From the IMG/VR virus record IMGVR_UViG_3300045988_112275: a stretch of DNA of 38,847 bases; one strand, given 5' to 3'. Positions within the stretch are counted from its first letter, which is position 1, and each line of letters starts with the position of its first letter. Below are positions 7,834 to 15,559 of this stretch, one piece after another. The position numbers were made by a program, and so were the translations under genes. The notes below the pieces were generated by a model. The model was not told the origin of the DNA. It made no database searches and saw only the letters and a list, made by a program, of their open reading frames with translations. This stretch comes from a virus.

Positions 7834-8222
7834 ACAAAGACTGTAACGGCTGTTTCGGGGCATCTTTTAATGATTGTCAGAGATGCCAGATGACTGATAA
7901 ACAGCCACCAAAACTGGATATCACACCAGAGCTGGCGATAGCAGCATATAACACGCTGATCGATTACTGTAAGCAGTTTAACTCAGAAGCAGAATGTGGA
8001 AATTGCATATTTGATAAGATTCAGTACCCGGAATCAGACGAAACGGTATGTACTCTGAATTTCTATCACATCTGTCCTGTAGACTGGGATAAGATTGCTC
8101 TTCCTTCCTTGGATGGAAACACAGTGACCTACATAAAAGATGGTCAGATCAAGCGGATCACTTGCAGTCAAAAGGAAGAAGCACAGGAGTTATTTGAGGA
8201 GGTAAAGAATGTACAAAAATAA
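7830..8222 (+). CDS. Cys-rich hypothetical protein (130 aa)
   Basis: ATGA overlap with the upstream gene. Contains CNGC...CQRC. Confidence 0.7.
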   Translation: MNKDCNGCFGASFNDCQRCQMTDKQPPKLDITPELAIAAYNTLIDYCKQFNSEAECGNCIFDKIQYPESDETVCTLNFYHICPVDWDKIALPSLDGNTVTYIKDGQIKRITCSQKEEAQELFEEVKNVQK

Positions 8223-8400
8223 TGAGGGGTACGCCGACCCGACAGCCGGAAAAGCTATTGAGTCATCAGCAAGAATGCCGACACATATATACAACGTTTA
8301 TTCCGTCATCAATAACGTGGCCGGACTCCATGGACTGGAGATCACAGGCCTGCGCGACAAGAAAACCGGAAAAGAATGGAGGAGAGAGCCACATGGATAA
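8209..8400 (+). CDS. Small hypothetical protein (63 aa)
   Basis: ORF overlaps both neighbouring genes, the usual pattern for coupled genes. Confidence 0.55.
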   Translation: MYKNNEGYADPTAGKAIESSARMPTHIYNVYSVINNVAGLHGLEITGLRDKKTGKEWRREPHG

Positions 8401-8815
8401 GCACATACTGGATCAGTACATAGATGCCTGTGCACTGATCGAAGAGACAAAAAAAGATATTCAGAAGCTCCGGCAGAAGAAAAGGACAGTAATCCAGACG
8501 AATGTTTCCGGAAGCAATCCAGAACACCCCTATAATCCGCAGCATTTCAAAATTCAGGGGACAACCTTCACCTTCCGGGAAGATTCTCAGCTCAGGATGG
8601 AAGAAAAACTTCTGGAAAAAAGAAAGGAAGATGCTGAGAAAATAAAAATTCAAGTGGAAGAATGGATGAATACGATTCCTCAGAGGATGCAGCGAATTAT
8701 TAAATACAAGGTTTTTGAGAATATGACATGGCAGCAGGTAGCTAAAAAGATGGGACGAAAAGCAACAGAGGAAAGTGTTAAAAAGGAATTCCAAAGATTT
8801 TTTAAAGAAAAATAA
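8393..8815 (+). CDS. Candidate late-gene transcription regulator (C-terminal sigma-70 region-4-like HTH)
   Basis: The ATG at 8393 follows GGAGGAG. The C-terminus reads IPQRMQRIIKYKVFENMTWQQVAKKMGRKATEESVKKEFQRF. It is the last gene before the packaging module, the position held by RinA/ArpU-type regulators. Confidence 0.6.
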   Translation: MDKHILDQYIDACALIEETKKDIQKLRQKKRTVIQTNVSGSNPEHPYNPQHFKIQGTTFTFREDSQLRMEEKLLEKRKEDAEKIKIQVEEWMNTIPQRMQRIIKYKVFENMTWQQVAKKMGRKATEESVKKEFQRFFKEK

Positions 8816-8817
8816 AG

Positions 8818-8844
8818 TTTGTCCCGTTTGTCCCACATGTCCCG
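8818..8844 (+). repeat. Three phased 9-bp repeats TTTGTCCCG TTTGTCCCA CATGTCCCG
   Basis: Read directly. Starts 3 nt after the regulator stop codon. Confidence 0.8.
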
Positions 8845-8939
8845 ATTCGATATGCTATAGTATAAACTGGATTTAGTGGTTTGACAGCATCATTAATTCC
8901 TCCATCTTGGAAGCCAGGTGTTACAGCTTGGCTGCTAAA

Positions 8940-9029
8940 TTAAAAGGCATCTGGCAGCAGCCGGGTGTCTTTCTTTATGCTTACATTCATACAGCATGCA
9001 CAGCCCCAGCAGTATTTGGTTTTACTCAT
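8940..9029 (-). CDS. Possible 29-aa Cys-rich peptide (MSKTKYCWGCACCMNVSIKKDTRLLPDAF)
   Basis: Minus-strand AAAGGAGG lies 10 nt upstream of the ATG. An alternative ATG at 9038 is too close to the SD. Confidence 0.25.
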   Translation of the reverse strand: MSKTKYCWGCACCMNVSIKKDTRLLPDAF

Positions 9030-9151
9030 TAGCCGCATACCTCCTTTCTAGCGGTCGCAATCGGCGGTCGTATATGAGGCTGGCAGGACTGTATTTAAAA
9101 AATAAAATAACAGACAACAAATAGACAGATAGGAAGGTGAGGTGAACCTGG

Positions 9152-9658
9152 GTGACAAAGAAACAGAAAAGATTTGTGGAAGAATACCTGATTGACCTGA
9201 ATGCCACTCAGGCTGCCATCAGAGCTGGCTACAGCCCGGATACAGCGAAATCTATTGGGAGTGAAAACCTGACAAAACCTGACATTCAGGCGCGTATTGC
9301 AAAAGCCATGGCAGAACGTAGCAAGCGCACCGGTGTCAATGCTGATCGAGTGGTAACAGAACTGGCAAAGATTGCCTTCGTAAATGCTAGCGATGTGATA
9401 GATGCCGATACGGCTACGTTAAAGCCGGATGCAGCTCCTGAGGACACCGCTGCCATTCAGTCGGTGAAGGTAAAAACCTTCGGTGAGGATGGACTGGAAC
9501 GTGAAATCAAAATGGCTGATAAATTAAAAGCCCTAGAATTGCTGGGCAAACATCTTGGTATGTTTAAAGATAAAGTAGAACTGTCTGGCATTAATGAAGA
9601 AAAGAATAAACTTGACGATCTGCTTCAACAGATGCGGCAGACGCGGGGAGGTGGTTAA
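9152..9658 (+). CDS. terS: Terminase small subunit
   Basis: N-terminus KKQKRFVEEYLIDLNATQAAIRAGYSPDTA is the typical Terminase_2-type HTH. GTG start follows GGAAGGTGAGGTG. Confidence 0.85.
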   Translation: MTKKQKRFVEEYLIDLNATQAAIRAGYSPDTAKSIGSENLTKPDIQARIAKAMAERSKRTGVNADRVVTELAKIAFVNASDVIDADTATLKPDAAPEDTAAIQSVKVKTFGEDGLEREIKMADKLKALELLGKHLGMFKDKVELSGINEEKNKLDDLLQQMRQTRGGG

Positions 9659-9663
9659 GCTTC

Positions 9664-11033
9664 ATGAGTTCTGAGAGACTGATACTATCAGAAAAATACA
9701 AAGCCTTCCTGAGATGTGATGCCCCTGTAGAATATCTTGAAGGGACCTAACCACGGCAGCAGGAAAAACTACAGTGGGCCTTTTTAAGTTTATGCTGAAG
9801 GTTGCTGAAAGTCCAAAGAAACTCCATATCCTTGCGGCAGATGATACCGGAGCGGCAGAAAAGAACATCATCAATAAAGACCTGGGGATCCTGGATGATT
9901 TTGGAGTTCTTGCAGAGTACAAAGGTAATGGATCCGGTGAATACAAGATGCCGCATATCCTGTTCCACACATCCTCCGGAGACAAGATCATATTTGTAAT
10001 CGGCTATGGAAACAAAAGGAAATGGAAAGATGCTCTTGGTGGCCAGTACGGATGCCTGTATATTGATGAGATCAACACAGCAGATATAGATTTTGTCCGG
10101 GAATCTGCTATGAGATGTGATTACCTGATGGCAACATTAAACCCGGATGATCCGAACCTGGATGTATACAAAGAGTATATCAACTGTTCCAGGCCTCTTC
10201 CGGAATGGGAAGAAGAAACACCTAAGGAAATTAAAGATGAGCTGAAAGAAGAACCAAAACCTGGCTGGGTCCATTGGTTCTTTTCTTTTAAAGATAATGC
10301 AGGACTTCCGGAAGAGAAGCTGCAGAAAATCATCCAGAACACGCCAAAAGGAACTAAGATCTGGAAAAATAAGATTGAGGGGCTTCGGGGAAAAGCCACT
10401 GGACTGATTTTTCCGAACTTTGACCGGAAGAAGCATGTAGTTTCTGCTGAGTGGGTACGGCAGCAGGTGAAATCTGGAAAGCTGAAATTTAAGAAATTTA
10501 CAGCAGGATTGGATACCTCGTATTCCAGCAAATCTCCGGATACCATTGCTATGGTATTTCAGGGGATCACAGAAGACAGGAAGCTGATTACACTATCAGA
10601 AAAGGTTTATAACAATGCGAAACTGGAAGTTCCTTTAGCGCCTTCCGATACAGCAGTAAAATTCATTACATTCCTGGAACAGTGCCGGAAGGAATGGGGA
10701 TTTGCCAGGGATGTATTTATTGATAATGCGGATCAGGCGACGATTACCGAGCTGAATAAGTACAAGCGGCTGAAAGGCTGCCTGTACAGTTTCTATGACA
10801 GCTATAAAAAGGTTACGATTCTGGATCGAATCAATTTGCAGATTGGCTGGATCCAGCAGGGGTGCTATTTAGTAGTAGATACCTGTACGGAGCATCTGGC
10901 AGAGCTGGATTCTTACAGTTGGAAAGAAGATAAGGACGAACCGGAGGACGGACACGACCATACAATTAACAGCCAGCAGTACGCCTGGATTCCTTACAGG
11001 CATCTGATCGGCTTCGAGGAGGAGAAGAAATGA
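9664..11033 (+). CDS. terL: Terminase large subunit, reading frame interrupted near codon 28
   Basis: The ATG at 9664 follows GGGGAGGTGG and gives MSSERLILSEKYKAFLRCDAPVEYLEGT* with TAA at 9748-9750. A second frame is open from 9741 and reads RDLTTAAGKTTVG (Walker A)...GCLYIDE (Walker B) through to 11033. Confidence 0.85.
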
Positions 11034-12637
11034 GGTGGGCTAAAAATTTGAGCAATAATATCAAACGAGGCATCAGAAGCTGGCTGAATGTACAGGAAGC
11101 CAGCCCTACAAACATACTAATTAATGAACCTTTGGACTATGAAGCAAATGCAATCAAAAACCGGATTTGGTACCGGGGAGACAGTGAGGAGCTGCAGCAG
11201 CTTTACAGCCAGATTGACACAGGGGTGGATAAATATAAGTTCTGGGCCTGCAAGAGTACGCCGGGACAGGAGATCCGAAAGATCCACACCGGTCTCCCAG
11301 CGTTGATTGTAGATACTCTGGCAGGAATCACACTGGCAGATCTGGATATCCAGATTGAGAAAGAACGTGAGGCACAGAAGCTGTGGGAGCAGATTGACAA
11401 AGACAATAAATTCCGTAAAAAGCTGGAAAAGGCGGTTAAGGAAACTCTCTACATAGGAGATGGGGCTTTTAAAATATCTTTTGATACACAGTTGAGCCAG
11501 TATCCGATTATTGAGTTTTATCCGGGAGACAGGATTGAACTGGTAACAGAGCGTGGACGGATTAAAGAGATTGTTTTTAAAACAGCATACAAGTATGACC
11601 GCCGGGATTATGTCCTGTATGAACACTATGGCTACGGAATAATCACGTATGAGCTGTATCGGGGTCACACACAGGTTTCTGTGCAAAGTATTCCTCAAAC
11701 CAGTAATCTGGTGGATGTGGCGTTTGGAACGGACAAACCGGAAGAGAAATATATGATGGCTGTGCCAATCCAGTTCTATGAATCTGGAAAATGGGACGAG
11801 CGTGGACAGAGTATCTTTGATAAAAAGATTGATTCCTATGATGCTTTTGATGAGGTGTGGTCACAGTGGATGGATGCAGTGCGAGTAGGACGTGCGAAAG
11901 AATACATTCCAGACTGTCTGATTCCAAGAAATCCAGAAACTGGAGAAATAATGAGACCGAACCATTTTGATAACCGGTTCATTGCGGTAGGAAACGACAT
12001 GTCAGAAAATGCCAAGAATATGATTGATGTGGAACAGCCAAACATTCCTCACGAAAGCTATCTGGCATCCTACTGTACAGCGCTGGATCTTTGTCTGCAG
12101 GGATTGATCAGTCCTTCAACTCTTGGAATTGATGTGAAAAAGCTGGATAACAGCGAAGCACAGAGGGAAAAAGAAAAGGCTACGCTCTATACCAGAGATA
12201 CCATTATCAATGCGCTGCAGGTAGATATCCCTCTTCTGGTAGAAACGGCTTTAAAGGCTTGCAACGAGTTTTACAACAAATCGGTAAAACCAGTAGAGGT
12301 AACGGTAGAGTTTGGAGATTACGCAAACCCGTCTTTTGAATCACAGATAGAGACTATCAGCAAAGCCAGACAGGGGCAGATCATGTCGGTAGATGCAGCA
12401 GTGGACGAGCTTTATGGTGATGATAAGGATGATACCTGGAAACAGGAGGAAATCAAGCGGCTTAAGGAAGAACTGGGAATCGGTGAAGTGGAAGAGCCAG
12501 GTGTAAATCTGGAAGCTGGTGGATTCAAGGTGAATACAGGAGGATCACATGAAGGTAAAGGTAGCAAGCAGAACATACAGAATGAGCCGAAAGGAGTTTC
12601 AGGGCCTTCTCCAAATAGCAAAGAAACAGGTTCCTAA
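11030..12637 (+). CDS. Portal protein (SPP1 gp6-like)
   Basis: 535 aa, ATGA overlap with terL, positioned between the terminase and the MuF gene. Confidence 0.85.
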   Translation: MRWAKNLSNNIKRGIRSWLNVQEASPTNILINEPLDYEANAIKNRIWYRGDSEELQQLYSQIDTGVDKYKFWACKSTPGQEIRKIHTGLPALIVDTLAGITLADLDIQIEKEREAQKLWEQIDKDNKFRKKLEKAVKETLYIGDGAFKISFDTQLSQYPIIEFYPGDRIELVTERGRIKEIVFKTAYKYDRRDYVLYEHYGYGIITYELYRGHTQVSVQSIPQTSNLVDVAFGTDKPEEKYMMAVPIQFYESGKWDERGQSIFDKKIDSYDAFDEVWSQWMDAVRVGRAKEYIPDCLIPRNPETGEIMRPNHFDNRFIAVGNDMSENAKNMIDVEQPNIPHESYLASYCTALDLCLQGLISPSTLGIDVKKLDNSEAQREKEKATLYTRDTIINALQVDIPLLVETALKACNEFYNKSVKPVEVTVEFGDYANPSFESQIETISKARQGQIMSVDAAVDELYGDDKDDTWKQEEIKRLKEELGIGEVEEPGVNLEAGGFKVNTGGSHEGKGSKQNIQNEPKGVSGPSPNSKETGS

Positions 12638-12770
12638 AGGAGTGTACGCGGTGGAAAAAGGTGATTATGCAGAATTGAGAAATGATAATTGCCGAAGTGC
12701 TACCCAACTCAAAGCTCTGATCCGGCAGTTTAAGAGTCAGGGGTTTAAGGTACATGCAAACGGGAGGTGA
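12549..12770 (+). CDS. 73-aa protein encoded out of frame over the portal 3' end
   Basis: The ATG follows ACAGGAGGA. Its stop overlaps the next gene start (GTGA). Confidence 0.5.
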   Translation: MKVKVASRTYRMSRKEFQGLLQIAKKQVPKGVYAVEKGDYAELRNDNCRSATQLKALIRQFKSQGFKVHANGR

Positions 12771-14296
12771 TCCCATTGCCTAAGATTAACGACCAGTACG
12801 ATATTGGAGAGGCTTTTGAAGCAATTGAGAACGAACTGATCGCTTCCATGATCCGTAATTTGCGCCGGCACAAACAGGAAGAGATTGACGAGAAAAAGCA
12901 ATGGTCCATGTGGCAGGTGGAGCAGCTGAAAGCCTTGGAAAAGTATAAAAAATTCAATCAGAAGAAATATGGCCAGAAGTTTAAGGATATCAACAAAAAG
13001 ATTCAGGCTCTGATCAGCATTGCCAGATCAGAAGGGGAAATGTCCCAGGAGATTGCGATTCTGGAGGCTATCCGAAAAGGTTTCCCGGCAAAGAGAATAT
13101 CGAAAGGTGCCGCAGCAGAGTTCTTCAAGCTGAATGAAAGGAAACTGGAAGCACTGATAAAAGCCACGATGGATGATATGAAAAAGGCCGAGACTGCAGT
13201 TCTGCGTATGGCTAACGACCAGTACCGAAAAGTAATCTATAACGCCCAGGTGTATGCCAATACAGGAGCCGGAACCTACGAAAAAGCGGTGGACATGGCT
13301 TCAAAGGGTTTTTTATCAGCAGGATTGAACTGTGTGGAATATGCCAATGGAGCCCGCCATACCATTTCGGATTATGCTGATATGGCTATCCGGACAGCCT
13401 GTAAGCGTGCTTACCTGCAGGGAGAGGGCGTAAAGCGTCAGGAATGGGGAATACATACGGTTATTGTGAATAAGCGTGGAAACCCCTGCCCGAAATGCCT
13501 TCCATTCTGTGGAAAGGTACTGATTGATGATGTGTGGAGTGGTGGGAGCCGGAAAGATGGTTCTTATCCGCTTATAAGTACCGCAGTAGCCCATGGCCTT
13601 TATCATCCAAGATGCAAAGACAGTCATACCACTTATTTCCCTGGCATTTCCACGGCAGATGATACCTGGACCAAGGAGGAACTGGAAGCTATTGGCCTGA
13701 AAAATAAAACAGAAGCCCGGCAGCAGTACGCTGAGAGGCAGGAGAAGCGGTTTGGGAGGTTAGAGAAAAATTCCCTGGACGAGGAAAATCAGAAAAGGTA
13801 CGCAGCCAGAAGAGAAGAATGGAAAATGCAGAAGGAGTTAATAGCGAAACCGATTGAAAAAGTTGCTGATTCTGGTATAATCAACTTAAAAAGTGCGAAT
13901 GAGGAAAGCTCAGTGACAGAAATACGGAATTTGGGTAAGATAAATATAGAGGTACTTGAAAAAGAATTTGGAAAGATTCAGACAGACGAAATTATTGTAA
14001 CAAATGAGCGTATAGATCACATCAAAGAACGGCATCCGGAAGATTATGATTTATTTGAAAAATACGGAGAGGAAAGTGTCTCGTCTCCAGATCTGATCAT
14101 AAAGGATATAAAGCATCAGGGTACGGTGTTTATGGTGAAGAAATTACCGGAAACAAACTTGAATGTGGTAGTACGAGTGGTTCTTGAAACGGATGACAGT
14201 AAACTAAAAAATTCTGTTATGACATTTTACAGAATCCGAGAAAAAAATCTCAAAAAATTAATAGAAAAAAATGGGATGCTTTACAAAAAGGAATAG
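12767..14296 (+). CDS. MuF / SPP1 gp7-like head morphogenesis protein with an extra C-terminal domain
   Basis: The central region ...VEYANGARHTISDYADMAIRTA...NPCPKCLPFCGKV...HPRCKDSH is MuF-like. The more likely start is TTG at 12776, 8 nt after GGAGG. About 125 C-terminal residues lie beyond the MuF core. Confidence 0.85.
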   Translation: MIPLPKINDQYDIGEAFEAIENELIASMIRNLRRHKQEEIDEKKQWSMWQVEQLKALEKYKKFNQKKYGQKFKDINKKIQALISIARSEGEMSQEIAILEAIRKGFPAKRISKGAAAEFFKLNERKLEALIKATMDDMKKAETAVLRMANDQYRKVIYNAQVYANTGAGTYEKAVDMASKGFLSAGLNCVEYANGARHTISDYADMAIRTACKRAYLQGEGVKRQEWGIHTVIVNKRGNPCPKCLPFCGKVLIDDVWSGGSRKDGSYPLISTAVAHGLYHPRCKDSHTTYFPGISTADDTWTKEELEAIGLKNKTEARQQYAERQEKRFGRLEKNSLDEENQKRYAARREEWKMQKELIAKPIEKVADSGIINLKSANEESSVTEIRNLGKINIEVLEKEFGKIQTDEIIVTNERIDHIKERHPEDYDLFEKYGEESVSSPDLIIKDIKHQGTVFMVKKLPETNLNVVVRVVLETDDSKLKNSVMTFYRIREKNLKKLIEKNGMLYKKE

Positions 14297-14308
14297 CTAT
14301 TGTATAAT
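14280..14308 (+). promoter_or_regulatory. Sigma-70-type promoter TTTACA-17 nt-TATAAT
   Basis: The -35 box is 14280-14285 and the -10 box is 14303-14308. The spacer was counted as 17 nt. Confidence 0.5.
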
Positions 14309-14333
14309 ATTCATATAGTAATAGCGGCTTTAC

Positions 14334-14425
14334 CCAAAGGATTATTGAAGTAGAGATTGTGCTGCTACGCACCTACCGGGTCAAAAGAAATGCGGGAAAG
14401 GGCACACCCGCCAATAATCCTTTGG
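14334..14425 (+). ncRNA. Structured RNA element of unknown class, closed by a 14-bp perfect helix
   Basis: CCAAAGGATTATTG (14334-14347) pairs with CAATAATCCTTTGG (14412-14425). The 64-nt interior contains GCGGG...CCCGC and GTGC...GCAC helices. Confidence 0.4.
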
Positions 14426-14446
14426 TTTAGCAAATATAGATTATTC

Positions 14447-14480
14447 ATACCACCGTCAGAAATGACAGGTGGTATTTTTA
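14447..14480 (+). terminator. Strong intrinsic terminator (12-bp stem, GAAA loop, TTTTT)
   Basis: ATACCACCGTCA gaaa TGAcAGGTGGTAT followed by TTTTTA. Confidence 0.8.
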
Positions 14481-14506
14481 TATCCTTTTAGAAAGGTGAG
14501 TGTAAA

Positions 14507-14611
14507 ATGAAAAAAGAAAAACTTTGGTATCGTTGGTCGGATTTTTCTGTTCCGTCAAAGATGGCTTTTATCTTGTCAGTCCTTGCATTAATAGCCGTAA
14601 TAATGCGCTGA
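14507..14611 (+). CDS. 34-aa hydrophobic peptide (MKKEKLWYRWSDFSVPSKMAFILSVLALIAVIMR)
   Basis: SD GAAAGGTGAG lies 6 nt upstream. The C-terminal half resembles a TM helix. It overlaps the 3' end of the convergent gene by 44 nt. Confidence 0.35.
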   Translation: MKKEKLWYRWSDFSVPSKMAFILSVLALIAVIMR

Positions 14612-14939
14612 TCTCAACTCGGTATGCTCCTATAAAGGCAAGGATAGAAATGATTAGAGCGAGAATATCCACCCATTTATCGAGTAAATAACGTTTCAAA
14701 GCGATGGAATTAAACTCTTTTGGGTGTTTCCCTTTATGAGTGAGAGTTGCAGAAATCAAAGCACCGCTGGGAACTCTGGATGTGGTTAAATATCCTTCTT
14801 TTTCCAAAAAATCAATAGAAGAAAGAAGTTCTTCGGTTGGTATGTTGGAAGGAAATCCTTTGTTGACTGAAAAAGTGCAGTCGGGACAATTCAGTAGATA
14901 TTGAAGAACCTGCTTTGAAATTTTATCGACATTTAACAT
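14568..14939 (-). CDS. Reverse-oriented 123-aa protein: N-terminal winged-helix-like region plus a C-terminal TM helix
   Basis: The ATG at 14939 follows AAAAGGAGG. TGCTATACT, an extended -10, lies upstream. TM segment: WVDILALIISILAFIGAY. Confidence 0.7.
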   Translation of the reverse strand: MLNVDKISKQVLQYLLNCPDCTFSVNKGFPSNIPTEELLSSIDFLEKEGYLTTSRVPSGALISATLTHKGKHPKEFNSIALKRYLLDKWVDILALIISILAFIGAYRVEISALLRLLMQGLTR

Positions 14940-14985
14940 AGCGCTATACCTCCTTTTGTTCAGTATAGCAGAAAACAACGTTATC

Positions 14986-15014
14986 AACACGCAAAATATG
15001 CGTGTTATTTTTAT
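14986..15014 (+). terminator. Intrinsic terminator AACACGCA aaata TGCGTGTT + ATTTTTAT
   Basis: 8-bp perfect stem with a T-run on the plus strand only. Confidence 0.6.
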
Positions 15015-15047
15015 ACCCATTTTTAAGAAAGGACGAGGTGAAAAGTT

Positions 15048-15557
15048 ATGAAATTTACAGAAGCATTAAGAGAAATGAAGGAAGGTAAGAAAGTAAAACT
15101 TCCGTCGTGGGGTGGTTATTGGTATTGGGATAAAGAAAAACAGACAGTAATGATTCAGTGCAGACCACGGGACTCTGATCAGGGAGATCTTCTTGATATC
15201 AGAGAAACACAGAGAGTTGAATATACTCTTTCGAATGTGGCATCTGATGAATGGATTATTGCAGATGAAACGAATTGCCCTGTTTTGGGTGGAGAAGCAG
15301 CATTTGGTTTTGGAGATGCAATCAAGTACGTTAAACGAGGGTTGAAATTAAAACGCAAAGGTTGGAATGGAAAAAAACAGTATATTCAACTTGCTATAGG
15401 AATTTCCTACCAAGATGCCTCTGGAGATATTATCAATTGTGAGCATGAAGCAATCGGAAATATGGCAATTGCTTTTGTAGGAACCAGTGGTGTACAAATG
15501 GGGTGGCTTGCATCCCAGGCAGATATGTTAGCAGAGGACTGGGTGTTTGCGGATTGA
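15048..15557 (+). CDS. Tandem DUF2829-like protein (Tad2-type fold, two copies)
   Basis: Both halves start F(T/G)(E/D)A...K.G.K and end with the ...S..D.LA.DW-like motif: SNVASDEWIIAD and WLASQADMLAEDWVFAD. The second half contains KRKGWNGK. Confidence 0.75.
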   Translation: MKFTEALREMKEGKKVKLPSWGGYWYWDKEKQTVMIQCRPRDSDQGDLLDIRETQRVEYTLSNVASDEWIIADETNCPVLGGEAAFGFGDAIKYVKRGLKLKRKGWNGKKQYIQLAIGISYQDASGDIINCEHEAIGNMAIAFVGTSGVQMGWLASQADMLAEDWVFAD

Positions 15558-15559
15558 AA

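Noticed and set aside
9022-9207. Minus-strand 61-aa ORF overlapping the terS start
   Set aside because: No SD, and it overlaps a confidently identified terS. It is probably a shadow ORF.
14334-14425. Assignment of the structured element to a known riboswitch class (c-di-GMP, ZTP/pfl, preQ1, fluoride)
   Set aside because: I compared it with the consensus cores I remember and found only short partial matches such as ACCGGG. That is not enough to name a class, so it is reported as unclassified.
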